DNA of 64,000 nucleotides from the NCBI GenBank assembly GCA_947632175.1, contig CANROC010000014.1, forward strand, positions 25,918-89,917, written 5' to 3'. The DNA comes from an uncultured Oscillospiraceae bacterium (GTDB lineage Bacteria > Bacillota > Clostridia > Oscillospirales > Oscillospiraceae). Under the pieces are notes generated by a model, which saw nothing but the letters and a program-made list of their open reading frames with translations, made no database searches and was not told the DNA's origin. Positions within the stretch are counted from its first letter, which is position 1; each line of letters opens with the position of its first letter. The position numbers and the translations under genes are program-made. Positions 7,722-16,653 of the stretch are shown here, piece by piece.

Positions 7722-10346
7722 TTAGTCTTTGATTTCCTCGAGGCCAGTGATGACGATAAGGGTGATGTAATCCACGCCATTCACCTTTTCGGTGTAGTAG
7801 CTGACCGTAACCTTATTCTTTGTCAGGTCAGTGGGAAGCGCGCCGACAGTGGGCCATACACCAGCCTTGTGGGCGTCAACAACGACACAAGGCGAACCAA
7901 CTTTAACGGGATCAGCCTCATCTTCACCCTCTGCATTCTTAAACAGGATGTAGGAAGCAGTAGCGAAAGATATTACCTTATTCTTATTCGTGCATGCGAC
8001 AGTGGCAACGGATTTAAGCTTGCCGTCCTTGAGGGTAAGCTTATACACCTGCCCCAAGTTGCTCGTGCCAGCACTAACTGCAGTTGTAATCGCAGCGGCA
8101 TCGGTGTTGTCGGCAACATAGGTCTCGACCTTACCGCCAACGATGAAGCTGAAAGACGTACCGGTGAGGGTCTGCTCGCCCTGGCCAACAAAGATCGCAA
8201 GATCAGTCGGCTCGAGAGTTTTCTCGTCCGATGCGGACGTACCCTTAAGAATCACATAGATATCGGTGGCCATCTTCTCATTCTTGCTGTCGGTGAGGAC
8301 GATTGCCTTATCAACATTGGTACCAGTCAACGCCGGGAACTGAGTATAGCCGGTATACTGAGTGGGAGTGAACTTGTCATCAAGGTGATCCGCGTCAGTA
8401 CCAGACGTGTGAGTAAACACGGTGAGCTTGGTCGTCTCGGACAGATAGAGCGCAGTACCACCAATGGTCATTGTAAGAGCGCCCTTTGTATAATCAGAAA
8501 CGGTCTGGCTCGTCACAGCCTCGCCGAGCACCATCTCACCAGCGGCATTCTCCTCATACTTATAGAAGCCAGCTTCAAACGTGTTCTTGTTCGAGCCAAT
8601 CTCGTTAGTGTTGGCCTGGTGCCCATCTTTGTCGGCGAGATAGTACTTGACACCAGTAGCATCTGCGACACTGTAGAGCGGAAGATTCACGCTGGAAACC
8701 TTACCGGTAGCAAGATCCATCACAACCGCAACAGCCATAGCGGGCTTCTCGGGAGAACCTGCAGTCACGTTGCCGAAGATATCAGTCTTGGCATCCACGG
8801 CATCTTCGTGCTCCTGCTCTTTGTAAGAAAGAAGGTAGGTGTACTTCACTACAGAAGTGGTCTCAGGAGCCTTCTCGGCCGCAACATTGATGATGTTCCC
8901 GTTGTTGTCCAGATAGAAGTTATACTTGGTATCGGCACTGACATTCAATTCGACAATGTCAAGTGTGTCTTTCACGGGAGTCGCAACGGCCTTGTATATC
9001 TTGCTGGTATCGCCGTTGATACGAATGTAGGTATTTGTATCGACATCCGTGCCCTTGCCGGTGATAGTGCCATTGAGGACGGTAGCCACATAGGGCTTGC
9101 CAACAACGACAGTCTCGTCCTTCGCATTCTTGCCGGTGTTGTAAACAACGATATCGCCCTTCTTGGCCTCAATCTTGACGGTCAACGCGGTTGTGCCAGA
9201 ACCCTCAAGGGTCAGAACGCCGTCCTTGTAGTTGGCTGTAGCGCCCTCAGTCACAACAGGTTTATACTTGTCATTAACACGAACGATGTAGTAGACATCG
9301 GTCTTTGCAGTACCGCCTTCCGGTATCTCCTTGACGGTATACACGGTGGTAGTGCTGCCGATAGCGCAGGCAGACGAACCTTTGTCATTGGTAAAAGGCT
9401 GAGCCTTATACTCACTACCAAACGGCGTGCTATTGGAGTAGTAAGACGGAACACCGTCCACAAAGTACTTCGCGGGCATATCGGCCGGAGTGGCCTTGTC
9501 GCCCTTGATGTCCTTGAGAATGTCGCCAAAGGTCTTGGCAGTGTTGTAGGTCTTCACAGCCGTGGCATAGGTGGTGTAGACAGCCTTATCGCCCACCGTA
9601 ACGACGTATGTCTCGGGGACACCGATCTCGTTGTGACCAACCTCGGCTTCCTCAACATCGTAGCCGTTCTGGCTGTTCAGGGTGAGGGGTTTGTTGTCAG
9701 CGCCGGTGCGGTCAGCAAGCTTGCCCAGATTGTCGTAGCCGACCATGGTGGCGTTCAGGGCGTTGTAGGCCATCTGAGCCATGTTGTCGCGGGTGAGGTC
9801 CTCGTCATACTCGAAGTCCTCGATGCCGTCGTCCAGCTTCACGGTCAGGGCGCGGCTGATGACGTTGACATCCCAAAGATTGCCGATGTAGCCCTCGGTC
9901 ACGGCATCGTAGCCCAGCGCGCAGAGGAGCATCTTGGCAAACTCGGTGCCGGTGACGTTGTCATTGGGCTCAAAGCCCTTCTCGGTGCCGTTGATGATGC
10001 CCTGGGAAGCGGCGAAAGCAATGAACCCAGACGCCCAGTCAACGGTCTTGTCGCCGTCCACATCGGCAAAACCGGTCTTGCCGGCGGGATACCGCGCGGC
10101 AATGGCGGGGGTCTGCAGCAGCTTGGTGATGACCGTCGCCGCCTCAGCGCGGCTCAGGGTATCGCCGGGACGGAACCCCTCCGCGTCGCCCGTGAGGATC
10201 TTGAGAGCTGTCAGCACTTCAACAGCCTCTTTGTGGGTGATCTTCGCGTCGTCCTCGTAAGTCGCCGCGCTGGCAGGTAAGATCAGCACGCCGACTACCA
10301 TGACTACCGCCAAGACCAAGCACAGGGTCTTTTTCAGAGTCTTCAT
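7722..10346 (-). CDS. SLH-domain cell-surface (S-layer-like) protein, variant B
   Basis: 874 aa. The first 27 codons are identical at DNA level to variant A, and the sequence diverges after that. SLH-like repeats (..TLSRAEAATVITKLL.., ..GFEPNDNVTGTEFAKMLLCALGY..). Start is ATG 10346 after AAGGAGG. Confidence 0.85.
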   Translation of the reverse strand: MKTLKKTLCLVLAVVMVVGVLILPASAATYEDDAKITHKEAVEVLTALKILTGDAEGFRPGDTLSRAEAATVITKLLQTPAIAARYPAGKTGFADVDGDKTVDWASGFIAFAASQGIINGTEKGFEPNDNVTGTEFAKMLLCALGYDAVTEGYIGNLWDVNVISRALTVKLDDGIEDFEYDEDLTRDNMAQMAYNALNATMVGYDNLGKLADRTGADNKPLTLNSQNGYDVEEAEVGHNEIGVPETYVVTVGDKAVYTTYATAVKTYNTAKTFGDILKDIKGDKATPADMPAKYFVDGVPSYYSNSTPFGSEYKAQPFTNDKGSSACAIGSTTTVYTVKEIPEGGTAKTDVYYIVRVNDKYKPVVTEGATANYKDGVLTLEGSGTTALTVKIEAKKGDIVVYNTGKNAKDETVVVGKPYVATVLNGTITGKGTDVDTNTYIRINGDTSKIYKAVATPVKDTLDIVELNVSADTKYNFYLDNNGNIINVAAEKAPETTSVVKYTYLLSYKEQEHEDAVDAKTDIFGNVTAGSPEKPAMAVAVVMDLATGKVSSVNLPLYSVADATGVKYYLADKDGHQANTNEIGSNKNTFEAGFYKYEENAAGEMVLGEAVTSQTVSDYTKGALTMTIGGTALYLSETTKLTVFTHTSGTDADHLDDKFTPTQYTGYTQFPALTGTNVDKAIVLTDSKNEKMATDIYVILKGTSASDEKTLEPTDLAIFVGQGEQTLTGTSFSFIVGGKVETYVADNTDAAAITTAVSAGTSNLGQVYKLTLKDGKLKSVATVACTNKNKVISFATASYILFKNAEGEDEADPVKVGSPCVVVDAHKAGVWPTVGALPTDLTKNKVTVSYYTEKVNGVDYITLIVITGLEEIKD

Positions 10347-10369
10347 GTAGTGTTTCCTCCTTAATAAAA
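10265..10369. repeat. IR-R, right arm of the perfect 105-bp inverted repeat
   Basis: Exact reverse complement of 3712-3816. Confidence 0.95.
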
Positions 10370-10549
10370 ATTGTTGATGAAATTTTCGCCCGTTACATGA
10401 ACCGGACTGTTTATTATGTAAACGCCGGACCGGAGCCGGTCGGCATATACACCGTGGTTTTTGCTCGTTACGCCCTTTTGACTTTACCGCCGGGTCGTTT
10501 GTTCCCTTTTTATTCACGAAAAATTTTAGAAATTTTTCTAAAAGGAGGA

Positions 10550-10597
10550 GTACGGCGGAGATCCGCGGTTGGGCGGTTCCGAGAACCTCCGCCGTAC
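10550..10597 (-). terminator. terminator-like hairpin inside the variant-B leader (possible attenuator)
   Basis: On the minus strand: gtacggcggag...ctccgccgtac (11-bp stem) followed by tcctcctttt. It lies about 135 nt downstream of the predicted TSS and about 200 nt upstream of the ATG. Confidence 0.35.
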
Positions 10598-10738
10598 ACT
10601 TGCATAATGAAGACTGTCACCGCCCCGCGTGCTTTTCGGAGCGGATCTGTCCGACCCTGCCTTGAGCTGCGGCCCCTGGGGCCTGTCCGGGGGGTCCTCC
10701 CGGCCGAAAACCGGGCGTACCTTGCGGACGTTGGATAT

Positions 10739-10767
10739 ATTCTAGCACATGGCGCGGCCAATGTCAA
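10739..10767 (-). promoter_or_regulatory. sigma-A type promoter upstream of IR-R (expression site)
   Basis: Minus strand TTGACA (10762-10767), 17 nt spacer, tgcTAGAAT (10739-10744) with an extended -10 TG. This predicts a leader of about 385 nt. Confidence 0.6.
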
Positions 10768-11012
10768 CATTTTGGGGAAAATAAGTTACAAAATCGTAAC
10801 CTGGCCGGAAGTGCCGGAAATTCCTAGAGCGCCAAGGGGTTTGGGGTTTGGCTCATTTTTCCTCGCGGAAAAAATTTTAAAAATGTAACAAAAAATATCA
10901 GAAATTTTTTGAAACGCGTCGGATTTTTCCCCGAGAGACGAACCCCAATATAGTCATTTTACTCGTTTTACACGAATTTGCAAGTCTTTTTTTCAAATTT
11001 TTTGGAGTTTTT

Positions 11013-11318
11013 TTATTTGAGGATCTTGATGGCGCCGATGACCGGCAGGGGCTTCTCCTCGCCGTTGACGGCGCTGACGAGGCCGAGGATGGCGAAGACG
11101 AGGACCGCCACGCCGCCCAGGGACCCGACGATGCCGCCCAGCACGGGGATGATCAGGGAGATGACGGTGGAGGCGATGCTGACGCAAAGGGCCCCCAGCC
11201 AAATGACCATGGCCTGGTTGATGTGGAATTTGGAGGCGTTCATGTCGCCGGCGACGATGGCGATGATGAGGCCGATCCAGGTGATGTACGCGACGATGTC
11301 AGTGGTCTTCTTGTTCAT
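11013..11318 (-). CDS. small integral membrane protein (3 predicted TM helices), function unknown
   Basis: 101 aa and hydrophobic. RBS AAAGGAG 7 nt before the ATG. Confidence 0.6.
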   Translation of the reverse strand: MNKKTTDIVAYITWIGLIIAIVAGDMNASKFHINQAMVIWLGALCVSIASTVISLIIPVLGGIVGSLGGVAVLVFAILGLVSAVNGEEKPLPVIGAIKILK

Positions 11319-11368
11319 GGTGATCGCTCCTTTAATAAATAGTTATTTGACGCGCCCGTGCGCGGGGT

Positions 11369-14047
11369 TTACCGGAGAACGGCGCCCAGATTTTTCTCCA
11401 GGGCGGCGAGGACGGCCTTGACCGTCTCGTCGGCGTGGTCGTCGGTGAGGGTGCCCTCGTCGGACCGGAGGACCAGGGAATAGGCGGTGGAGCGCTTGCC
11501 CTCCGGGATGCCGGGGCCCTCGTAGATGTCGAAGAGGGAGACGGATTTGAGGTACTGCCCGCCGTTTTCGCGGATGCAGCGCTCGATCTGGCCGACGGTG
11601 ACCTCATGGGGCGCGATGAGGGCCAGGTCGCGGGTGACGGAGGGGTACTTGGGCAGGGGCCGGTACTCCGGGTCCGGGCCCTGGCTTTGGAGGAGCGCCC
11701 CGAAGTCCAGCTCCGCGCAGTACGCTTCCGCGTCCACGCCGTAGTTTTTGGCAACAACGGGGTGGATCTGGCCCAGCACGCCGATGACGCGCTCCCCGGC
11801 ATAGACCGTGGCGCACCGGCCGGGATGGTAGGAGGGGTTATCCGAGCAGGGCTCGAAAACCACGTCCTCGGCGCGGATGCCCCGCAAAACAGCCTCAACG
11901 ACGCCCTTCAGGTCGTAGAAATCCACGCCCTCGCCGTAAGCGCCCAGCGTGAGGACCCGGTTTTCTTTGGCAAGGTCGCTGTCCGGGTCGGGGAGGTAGA
12001 CGCGGCCCAGCTCGTAAAGGCGCACGTCCTTATTCCTGTAATGATAGTTGCGCGCCAGAATCTCCAGCATGGACGGGAGGGCGGAGGTGCGCATGATGGA
12101 GGTGTCCTCCCCCAGGGGGTTCAAAATTTTGAAGGACTTGCGGCGGGGGTCGTCGGCGGCCCAGCCGATCTTGTCGTAGGCGGTGGGGGAGATGAAGGAG
12201 TAGGTGATGATCTCGTCAAAACCGGCGTCGCGGCACAGCGCCCCCAGCTTATTCTCCAGCTTCTGCTCCCGGTTGTAGCCGCCCCGCGTGGTCTGGCCGC
12301 GCATGAGGGTCACGGGGATGTTGTTGTAGCCGTGGAACCGGGCGACCTCCTCCGCCAGGTCCGCCATGCGCCGCACGTCGCCCCGGAAGCTGGGGACGGT
12401 GACGGTCCGGCCCTCCACCTCAAAGTCCAGCTTGCGGAGGATGCGGACCATCTCGTCCTCGGGAACGTCGGTGCCTAAAAGGGCGTTGATCTTCTCCGGC
12501 TCCAGCTCCATGCGGTAGGGCTCCGGCGCGCGGTTGCGGATGTCGATGACGCCGTCCAGGACCTCGCCGGCGCCCAGCATCTCCACCAGCTCGCAGGCGC
12601 GGTCCACGGCGGGGAGGGTATTTTCGATGTCCAGGCCCTTTTCGAATTTGGCGCTGGCCTCGGTGCGCATCCCCAGGGCCAGAGCGCCCTTGCGGATGCA
12701 GGTCCCGTCAAAGTTGGCCGATTCGAAGACCACGTCGGCGGTGTCCGCCACGATCTCACTGTTGAGGCCGCCCATGATGCCGGCAAGGCCCACGGCGCGG
12801 GTGTCGTCGGCGATGACCAGGTGGTTTTGGTTCAGCTTGCGCACGTTGCCGTCCAGGGTGGTGAGCTCCTCGCCGGCCCGGGCCCTGCGGACCACGATCT
12901 TGCCGCCCTTGACGTAGCGGTAATCGAAGGCGTGCATGGGCTGGCCGTACTCCAGCATCACGTAGTTGGTGATGTCCACGATGTTGTTGATGGGCCGCAC
13001 GCCCATGGAGCGAAGGCGCTCCCGCATCCACTTGGGGGAGGGGGCGATCTTCACGTTGCGCACCATCCGGGCGGTGTAGCGCGGGCAGAGGTCCGGGTCC
13101 GGCGTCTCCACGGTCAGCAAATCGGTAAGCACGCCGGGTCCGCCGCCCTTGACCACGGGGGTATGGAGCGTCAAAGGTTTGTCAAATGTCGCCGCCGCCT
13201 CCCGGGCAAGGCCGATGACACTGAGGCAGTCCGGGCGGTTGGGGGTGATCTCAAACTCCACCACGCTGTCGTCGGCGTTGATGACGGGCTTGATGTCGTC
13301 GCCGGGTTTGCAGTCCTCCCGGAGGACGAAGATGCCGTCCTCAATGCAGTGGGGGAACTCCCGCTGCTCGGCGCGCAGGTCGGCGAGGGTGCAGACGGCG
13401 TTTGTCTTGGTGTTGTAGGCCACCATGTCCCCGGCGTGGACGTTCTGGCAGGCGGTGGTCACCGTCGCGGCGGGGTCCAGCGTCAGGGTGAAGGTGCCGT
13501 CGGGGTTCGGGGCGCAGTCGGTGACCTTGGCGGCCACGACCGGTCCAAACACCTTGTCCCCCGGCTGGATGTCCGCGGGGATGCTGGGCTTTTCGGGGTC
13601 AATGGGGTGGTAGTCATTCAAAAGGGCGGCGGCGGTGATGACGGCATAGGGGAAATCCCGCTCGTCCAGGCCCAATTCCTTGAGGGAGCAGAGCATCCCG
13701 TTGGACTTGACGCCCCGGAGGTTGCCCTTTTCGATTTTTTTCCCGCCGGGGAGTGTGGATTTGTGGAGCGCCACGGGCACCAGGTCGCCCACGTGGACGT
13801 TCCACGCGCCGGTGACGATCTGCACGGGCTCGTCCCGGCCCACGTCCAGCTGACAGACCCACATATGGTCGGAGTTGGGGTGCTTCTCCATGGACACGAT
13901 GCGCCCCACGACCACGTTGCTGATCTCCGCCCCCAGGTCCTCCGTCGTCTCCACCTTGGAGCCGGAGAGGGTCATGGCCTCGGCAAATTCCCGGTCGGAG
14001 GCGTCCACCTTGACGAACTCATTGAGCCATTTTCTGCTTAAATTCAT
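11369..14047 (-). CDS. pheT: phenylalanine--tRNA ligase beta subunit
   Basis: MNLSRKWLNEFV... N-terminus with tRNA-binding, B3/4, B5 and FDX-ACB regions. It follows pheS. Confidence 0.95.
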   Translation of the reverse strand: MNLSRKWLNEFVKVDASDREFAEAMTLSGSKVETTEDLGAEISNVVVGRIVSMEKHPNSDHMWVCQLDVGRDEPVQIVTGAWNVHVGDLVPVALHKSTLPGGKKIEKGNLRGVKSNGMLCSLKELGLDERDFPYAVITAAALLNDYHPIDPEKPSIPADIQPGDKVFGPVVAAKVTDCAPNPDGTFTLTLDPAATVTTACQNVHAGDMVAYNTKTNAVCTLADLRAEQREFPHCIEDGIFVLREDCKPGDDIKPVINADDSVVEFEITPNRPDCLSVIGLAREAAATFDKPLTLHTPVVKGGGPGVLTDLLTVETPDPDLCPRYTARMVRNVKIAPSPKWMRERLRSMGVRPINNIVDITNYVMLEYGQPMHAFDYRYVKGGKIVVRRARAGEELTTLDGNVRKLNQNHLVIADDTRAVGLAGIMGGLNSEIVADTADVVFESANFDGTCIRKGALALGMRTEASAKFEKGLDIENTLPAVDRACELVEMLGAGEVLDGVIDIRNRAPEPYRMELEPEKINALLGTDVPEDEMVRILRKLDFEVEGRTVTVPSFRGDVRRMADLAEEVARFHGYNNIPVTLMRGQTTRGGYNREQKLENKLGALCRDAGFDEIITYSFISPTAYDKIGWAADDPRRKSFKILNPLGEDTSIMRTSALPSMLEILARNYHYRNKDVRLYELGRVYLPDPDSDLAKENRVLTLGAYGEGVDFYDLKGVVEAVLRGIRAEDVVFEPCSDNPSYHPGRCATVYAGERVIGVLGQIHPVVAKNYGVDAEAYCAELDFGALLQSQGPDPEYRPLPKYPSVTRDLALIAPHEVTVGQIERCIRENGGQYLKSVSLFDIYEGPGIPEGKRSTAYSLVLRSDEGTLTDDHADETVKAVLAALEKNLGAVLR

Positions 14048-14059
14048 GGGGGCACCTCC

Positions 14060-15085
14060 TTAAAACTGCTCCAAAAAGCGCACGTCATTTTCAAAAATGA
14101 GCCGCAGGTCGTCGATCTTGAACCGCCGCATGGCCAGCCTCTCCAGCCCGAAGCCGAAGGCCCAGCCGGACCAGACGTCGGGGTCGATGCCGGCCATCTC
14201 TAAGACGTGCGGATGGATCATCCCCGCACCCAGAAGCTCGATCCAGCCCTCGCCCTTGCAGGTGGGACAGCCCACGCCGCCGCACTTGTGGCACTGGACG
14301 TCCATCTCGCAGCTGGGCTCCGTGAAGGGGAAGTGATGGGGGCGGAAGCGGGTCTGGGTGTCCTCGCCGTAGAGGCTCTTGACCACGGTATTGAGAGTGC
14401 CCTTGAGGTCGGCCATGGTGACACCCTTATCTATGACCATGCCCTCCACCTGGTGGAACATGGGGGAGTGGGTGGCGTCCACCTCGTCCTTGCGGTAGAC
14501 CCGGCCGGGGGCGACCATGCGGATGGGCAGGGGCAGGGTGTCCATGGCCCGGACCTGCATGGGGCTCGTCTGCGAGCGCAGCATGACCTTCTCCTCCCGG
14601 TCAAAGTAGAAGGTGTCGGACCAGTCGCGGCTGGGGTGGCCCTCCTCGGCGTTGAGGCGATCAAAGTTGAGCTCCGCAAGCTCGATCTCCGGGCCGTCCA
14701 CCACGGTAAAGCCCATGCCGATGAAGATCTCCTTCATCTCGTCCAGGGCGATATACATGGGATGCCGGTGGCCCACCTTCACGCTCTTGCCGGGGACGGT
14801 GACGTCCACGGCCTCGGCGCGCAGGCGGTGCTCCAGAGCGCGGGCTTCCACCTCACGCTTGGCCTCGGCAAGCTTTTCCTCGATGGCGGCGCGGACCTCG
14901 TTGGCCAGCTGCCCCATCTTGGGCCGCTCCTCGGCGGGCAGACCGCCCATCTGCTTCAAAATGGCGGTCATCTCGCCCTTCTTCCCCAGATACCGCACCC
15001 GCAGCTCCTCCAGCTCGGCGGCGCTCGTCACAGCGGAGAGCTTCGCCAACGCCTCCTCGCGGATCTTTGCCAATTGTTCTCTCAT
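14060..15085 (-). CDS. pheS: phenylalanine--tRNA ligase alpha subunit
   Basis: 341 aa with class II aaRS motifs (..HPMY.., ..GRVYRKDEVDATHSPMFHQVEG.., GFGLERLAM). Confidence 0.96.
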   Translation of the reverse strand: MREQLAKIREEALAKLSAVTSAAELEELRVRYLGKKGEMTAILKQMGGLPAEERPKMGQLANEVRAAIEEKLAEAKREVEARALEHRLRAEAVDVTVPGKSVKVGHRHPMYIALDEMKEIFIGMGFTVVDGPEIELAELNFDRLNAEEGHPSRDWSDTFYFDREEKVMLRSQTSPMQVRAMDTLPLPIRMVAPGRVYRKDEVDATHSPMFHQVEGMVIDKGVTMADLKGTLNTVVKSLYGEDTQTRFRPHHFPFTEPSCEMDVQCHKCGGVGCPTCKGEGWIELLGAGMIHPHVLEMAGIDPDVWSGWAFGFGLERLAMRRFKIDDLRLIFENDVRFLEQF

Positions 15086-15127
15086 GGTATCACTCCATAT
15101 ATAAATGTATAAGATTTGACAAACCTG

Positions 15128-15916
15128 TTATTTGAGGGGCGGCGCGAACCACTCGCGCTTCGCGCCGTCCCGGCGGTAGTAGACGTACTCGTCGCCGCCA
15201 CAGCCGGCGAGGACGATCTCCTCGTCGGTAAACCGTTTGACAGGCCAGTAGATACCGTCGTCGGTGTTCGTGCAATCGCCGTTCTCGCAGACGAGCTTTG
15301 GGACCGGCCTCCAGGCCGCGTCGCCGCCCAGGTCGGCGAAAAAAGCGCAGAAAGGGGCTGAATTGTCTCCAAAATTCCGCAGGCGGAAATACTGCCCCTG
15401 CCCGAACAACCCCTCGGGACGCGGGATGTTGATCGACGCGCCGCAGTAGATGTTGGTGTCCTCCGGCCGGATGGAGAAGACGTACTCGATCCTGTCGGTG
15501 ACCATGGAAAAGCCGATGTGATCCGGCGCGATGTCATAGGTCACCCCCAGCCGCCAGCTGAACAGGCAGCTTTCGATCCCCGCCTCCGTGACGGTTGGCG
15601 GGGTATATGGCCCGGAGGGGCGGATCTCGTCAATGAGCCTCATACCGTCCCTCGGCGGCGCAAGCCGCTCCCCGATCGCCCGTCTCACCCCCTCCGGGTC
15701 GTTGGTGACCACCGCGCCGGCGGGGCCCTCAAAGGCATACAGGGTCAGCTTCTCCGCTTTCCGCCGCTCGGCTATGCCGATGAGCCGTTTTTCGTTCTCC
15801 GTTCCAAAGTAGAGCTTCGCGCCGAGGACATCGCCGTCCTCGCCCCCGTAAAGGGCGATGGCCCACTTGGCGGATTCCGCGATTTCAAGGCTTTGAGATG
15901 TGTAAACGCCGGTCAT
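15128..15916 (-). CDS. hypothetical protein (no recognisable domain)
   Basis: 262 aa counted from ATG 15916, preceded by GAGGAGG; the track start at 15946 has no RBS. It sits between the T-box leader and pheS. Confidence 0.55.
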   Translation of the reverse strand: MTGVYTSQSLEIAESAKWAIALYGGEDGDVLGAKLYFGTENEKRLIGIAERRKAEKLTLYAFEGPAGAVVTNDPEGVRRAIGERLAPPRDGMRLIDEIRPSGPYTPPTVTEAGIESCLFSWRLGVTYDIAPDHIGFSMVTDRIEYVFSIRPEDTNIYCGASINIPRPEGLFGQGQYFRLRNFGDNSAPFCAFFADLGGDAAWRPVPKLVCENGDCTNTDDGIYWPVKRFTDEEIVLAGCGGDEYVYYRRDGAKREWFAPPLK

Positions 15917-16057
15917 TTTTTCCTCCTCAAGCATTCGCCCTATCATAAAAAGGATGTAATAAGGTCCACGTTTTCCTCAACGGGCCGCCTCTCCGTGATC
16001 GCCTTTCACCGCCGCGAAAACAAATCCCTCGTGCGTCCGGACCTCCGCAAGAAACCG

Positions 16058-16291
16058 TCACACCGGAAACCGCTCGTTGTTCTCATCCAGCAAATAAATC
16101 GTTTTGTAGGTCTTATCGCAGCTCCTGCACTGCCAATCGCAGGCGCTTTTCTTTGCTTTCCTGTGCAGAAGCTCCAGGGAGCCTCCGCATATCGGGCATT
16201 CCGCCCCCTGCTGTCCCCACAGCTTTTTCAGGAACGCCAGCGCCTCGTCTCTGGTCTTGAAGGGCAGCTCCCGCAGCACGGCTCTTTCCAT
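16058..16291 (-). CDS. small Zn-ribbon protein (CPICGG...CRSC), function unknown
   Basis: 77 aa counted from ATG 16291 (MERAVLREL...), preceded by GGAGG. The longer ORF to 16360 would overlap the T-box terminator, so it was trimmed. Confidence 0.55.
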   Translation of the reverse strand: MERAVLRELPFKTRDEALAFLKKLWGQQGAECPICGGSLELLHRKAKKSACDWQCRSCDKTYKTIYLLDENNERFPV

Positions 16292-16299
16292 GGATACCT

Positions 16300-16530
16300 C
16301 CGTCAAAATCAAAAGCTCCCCCATCCCGCCATGGGACGGAAGGAGCTTCCGCGGTACCACCCAAATTCGCGCTTTCGCGCGCGCTCGACGCCCTTAACGC
16401 GGGCTGACGCCGGGGATTGGCCGGGGCTCGGAGGCGAACCAGGCGGGGCTTTTCCGGGGGGCTTTCAGCCGCGGCCTCCCCTCTCTGACGGAACGCTTTC
16501 CGCTATTTTCCTCTTCAACGCCATATTTCC
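16300..16530 (-). promoter_or_regulatory. T-box leader (tRNA-sensing riboswitch), probable Phe specifier UUC
   Basis: On the minus strand: AGAGAG bulge, GCUGAAA distal loop, candidate specifier ggUUCg (16436-16438), canonical T-box AAUUUGGGUGGUACCGCG (16350-16367), then terminator gaagctcc...gggagctt plus ttttgatttt. Confidence 0.85.
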
Positions 16531-16535
16531 CTGTC

Positions 16536-16564
16536 AGTTTATCACACTCTCCCGGAATACGCAA
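16536..16564 (-). promoter_or_regulatory. promoter of the T-box leader
   Basis: Minus strand TTGCGT, 17 nt spacer, TAAACT. Confidence 0.5.
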
Positions 16565-16596
16565 GGATTTTTTCGCCGGGGGACCGGGAATTTGCG

Positions 16597-16625
16597 TTGC
16601 GAAGGGCGGGGGAAAATGGTATACT
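16597..16625 (+). promoter_or_regulatory. promoter of the U32 gene pair
   Basis: TTGCGA, 17 nt spacer, tggTATACT with an extended -10. Confidence 0.55.
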
Positions 16626-16653
16626 CTATTAAAAAAGATGTAGGAGGCGCGAG

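Larger units (their letters stand above)
3712..10369. mobile_element. putative invertible DNA segment (two SLH gene bodies plus recombinase) bounded by IR-L and IR-R
   Basis: Perfect 105-bp IRs in inverted orientation lie at the 5' ends of two convergent paralogs, with an intact tyrosine recombinase between them. The inversion itself is inferred, not observed. Confidence 0.6.

Noticed and set aside
10347-10738. c-di-GMP (GEMM-I/II) riboswitch in the variant-B leader.
   Set aside because: I could not find the conserved ACGCACAGGGCAAACC / GGACGCAAAGCC (class I) or class II signature strings. It is kept only as an unclassified structured leader.
15086-15127. Possible pheS-proximal promoter (TTGTCA ... 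TATATG/TATGGA on the minus strand).
   Set aside because: No spacing gives a good -10 hexamer, and the TSS would fall on the RBS. The evidence is insufficient.
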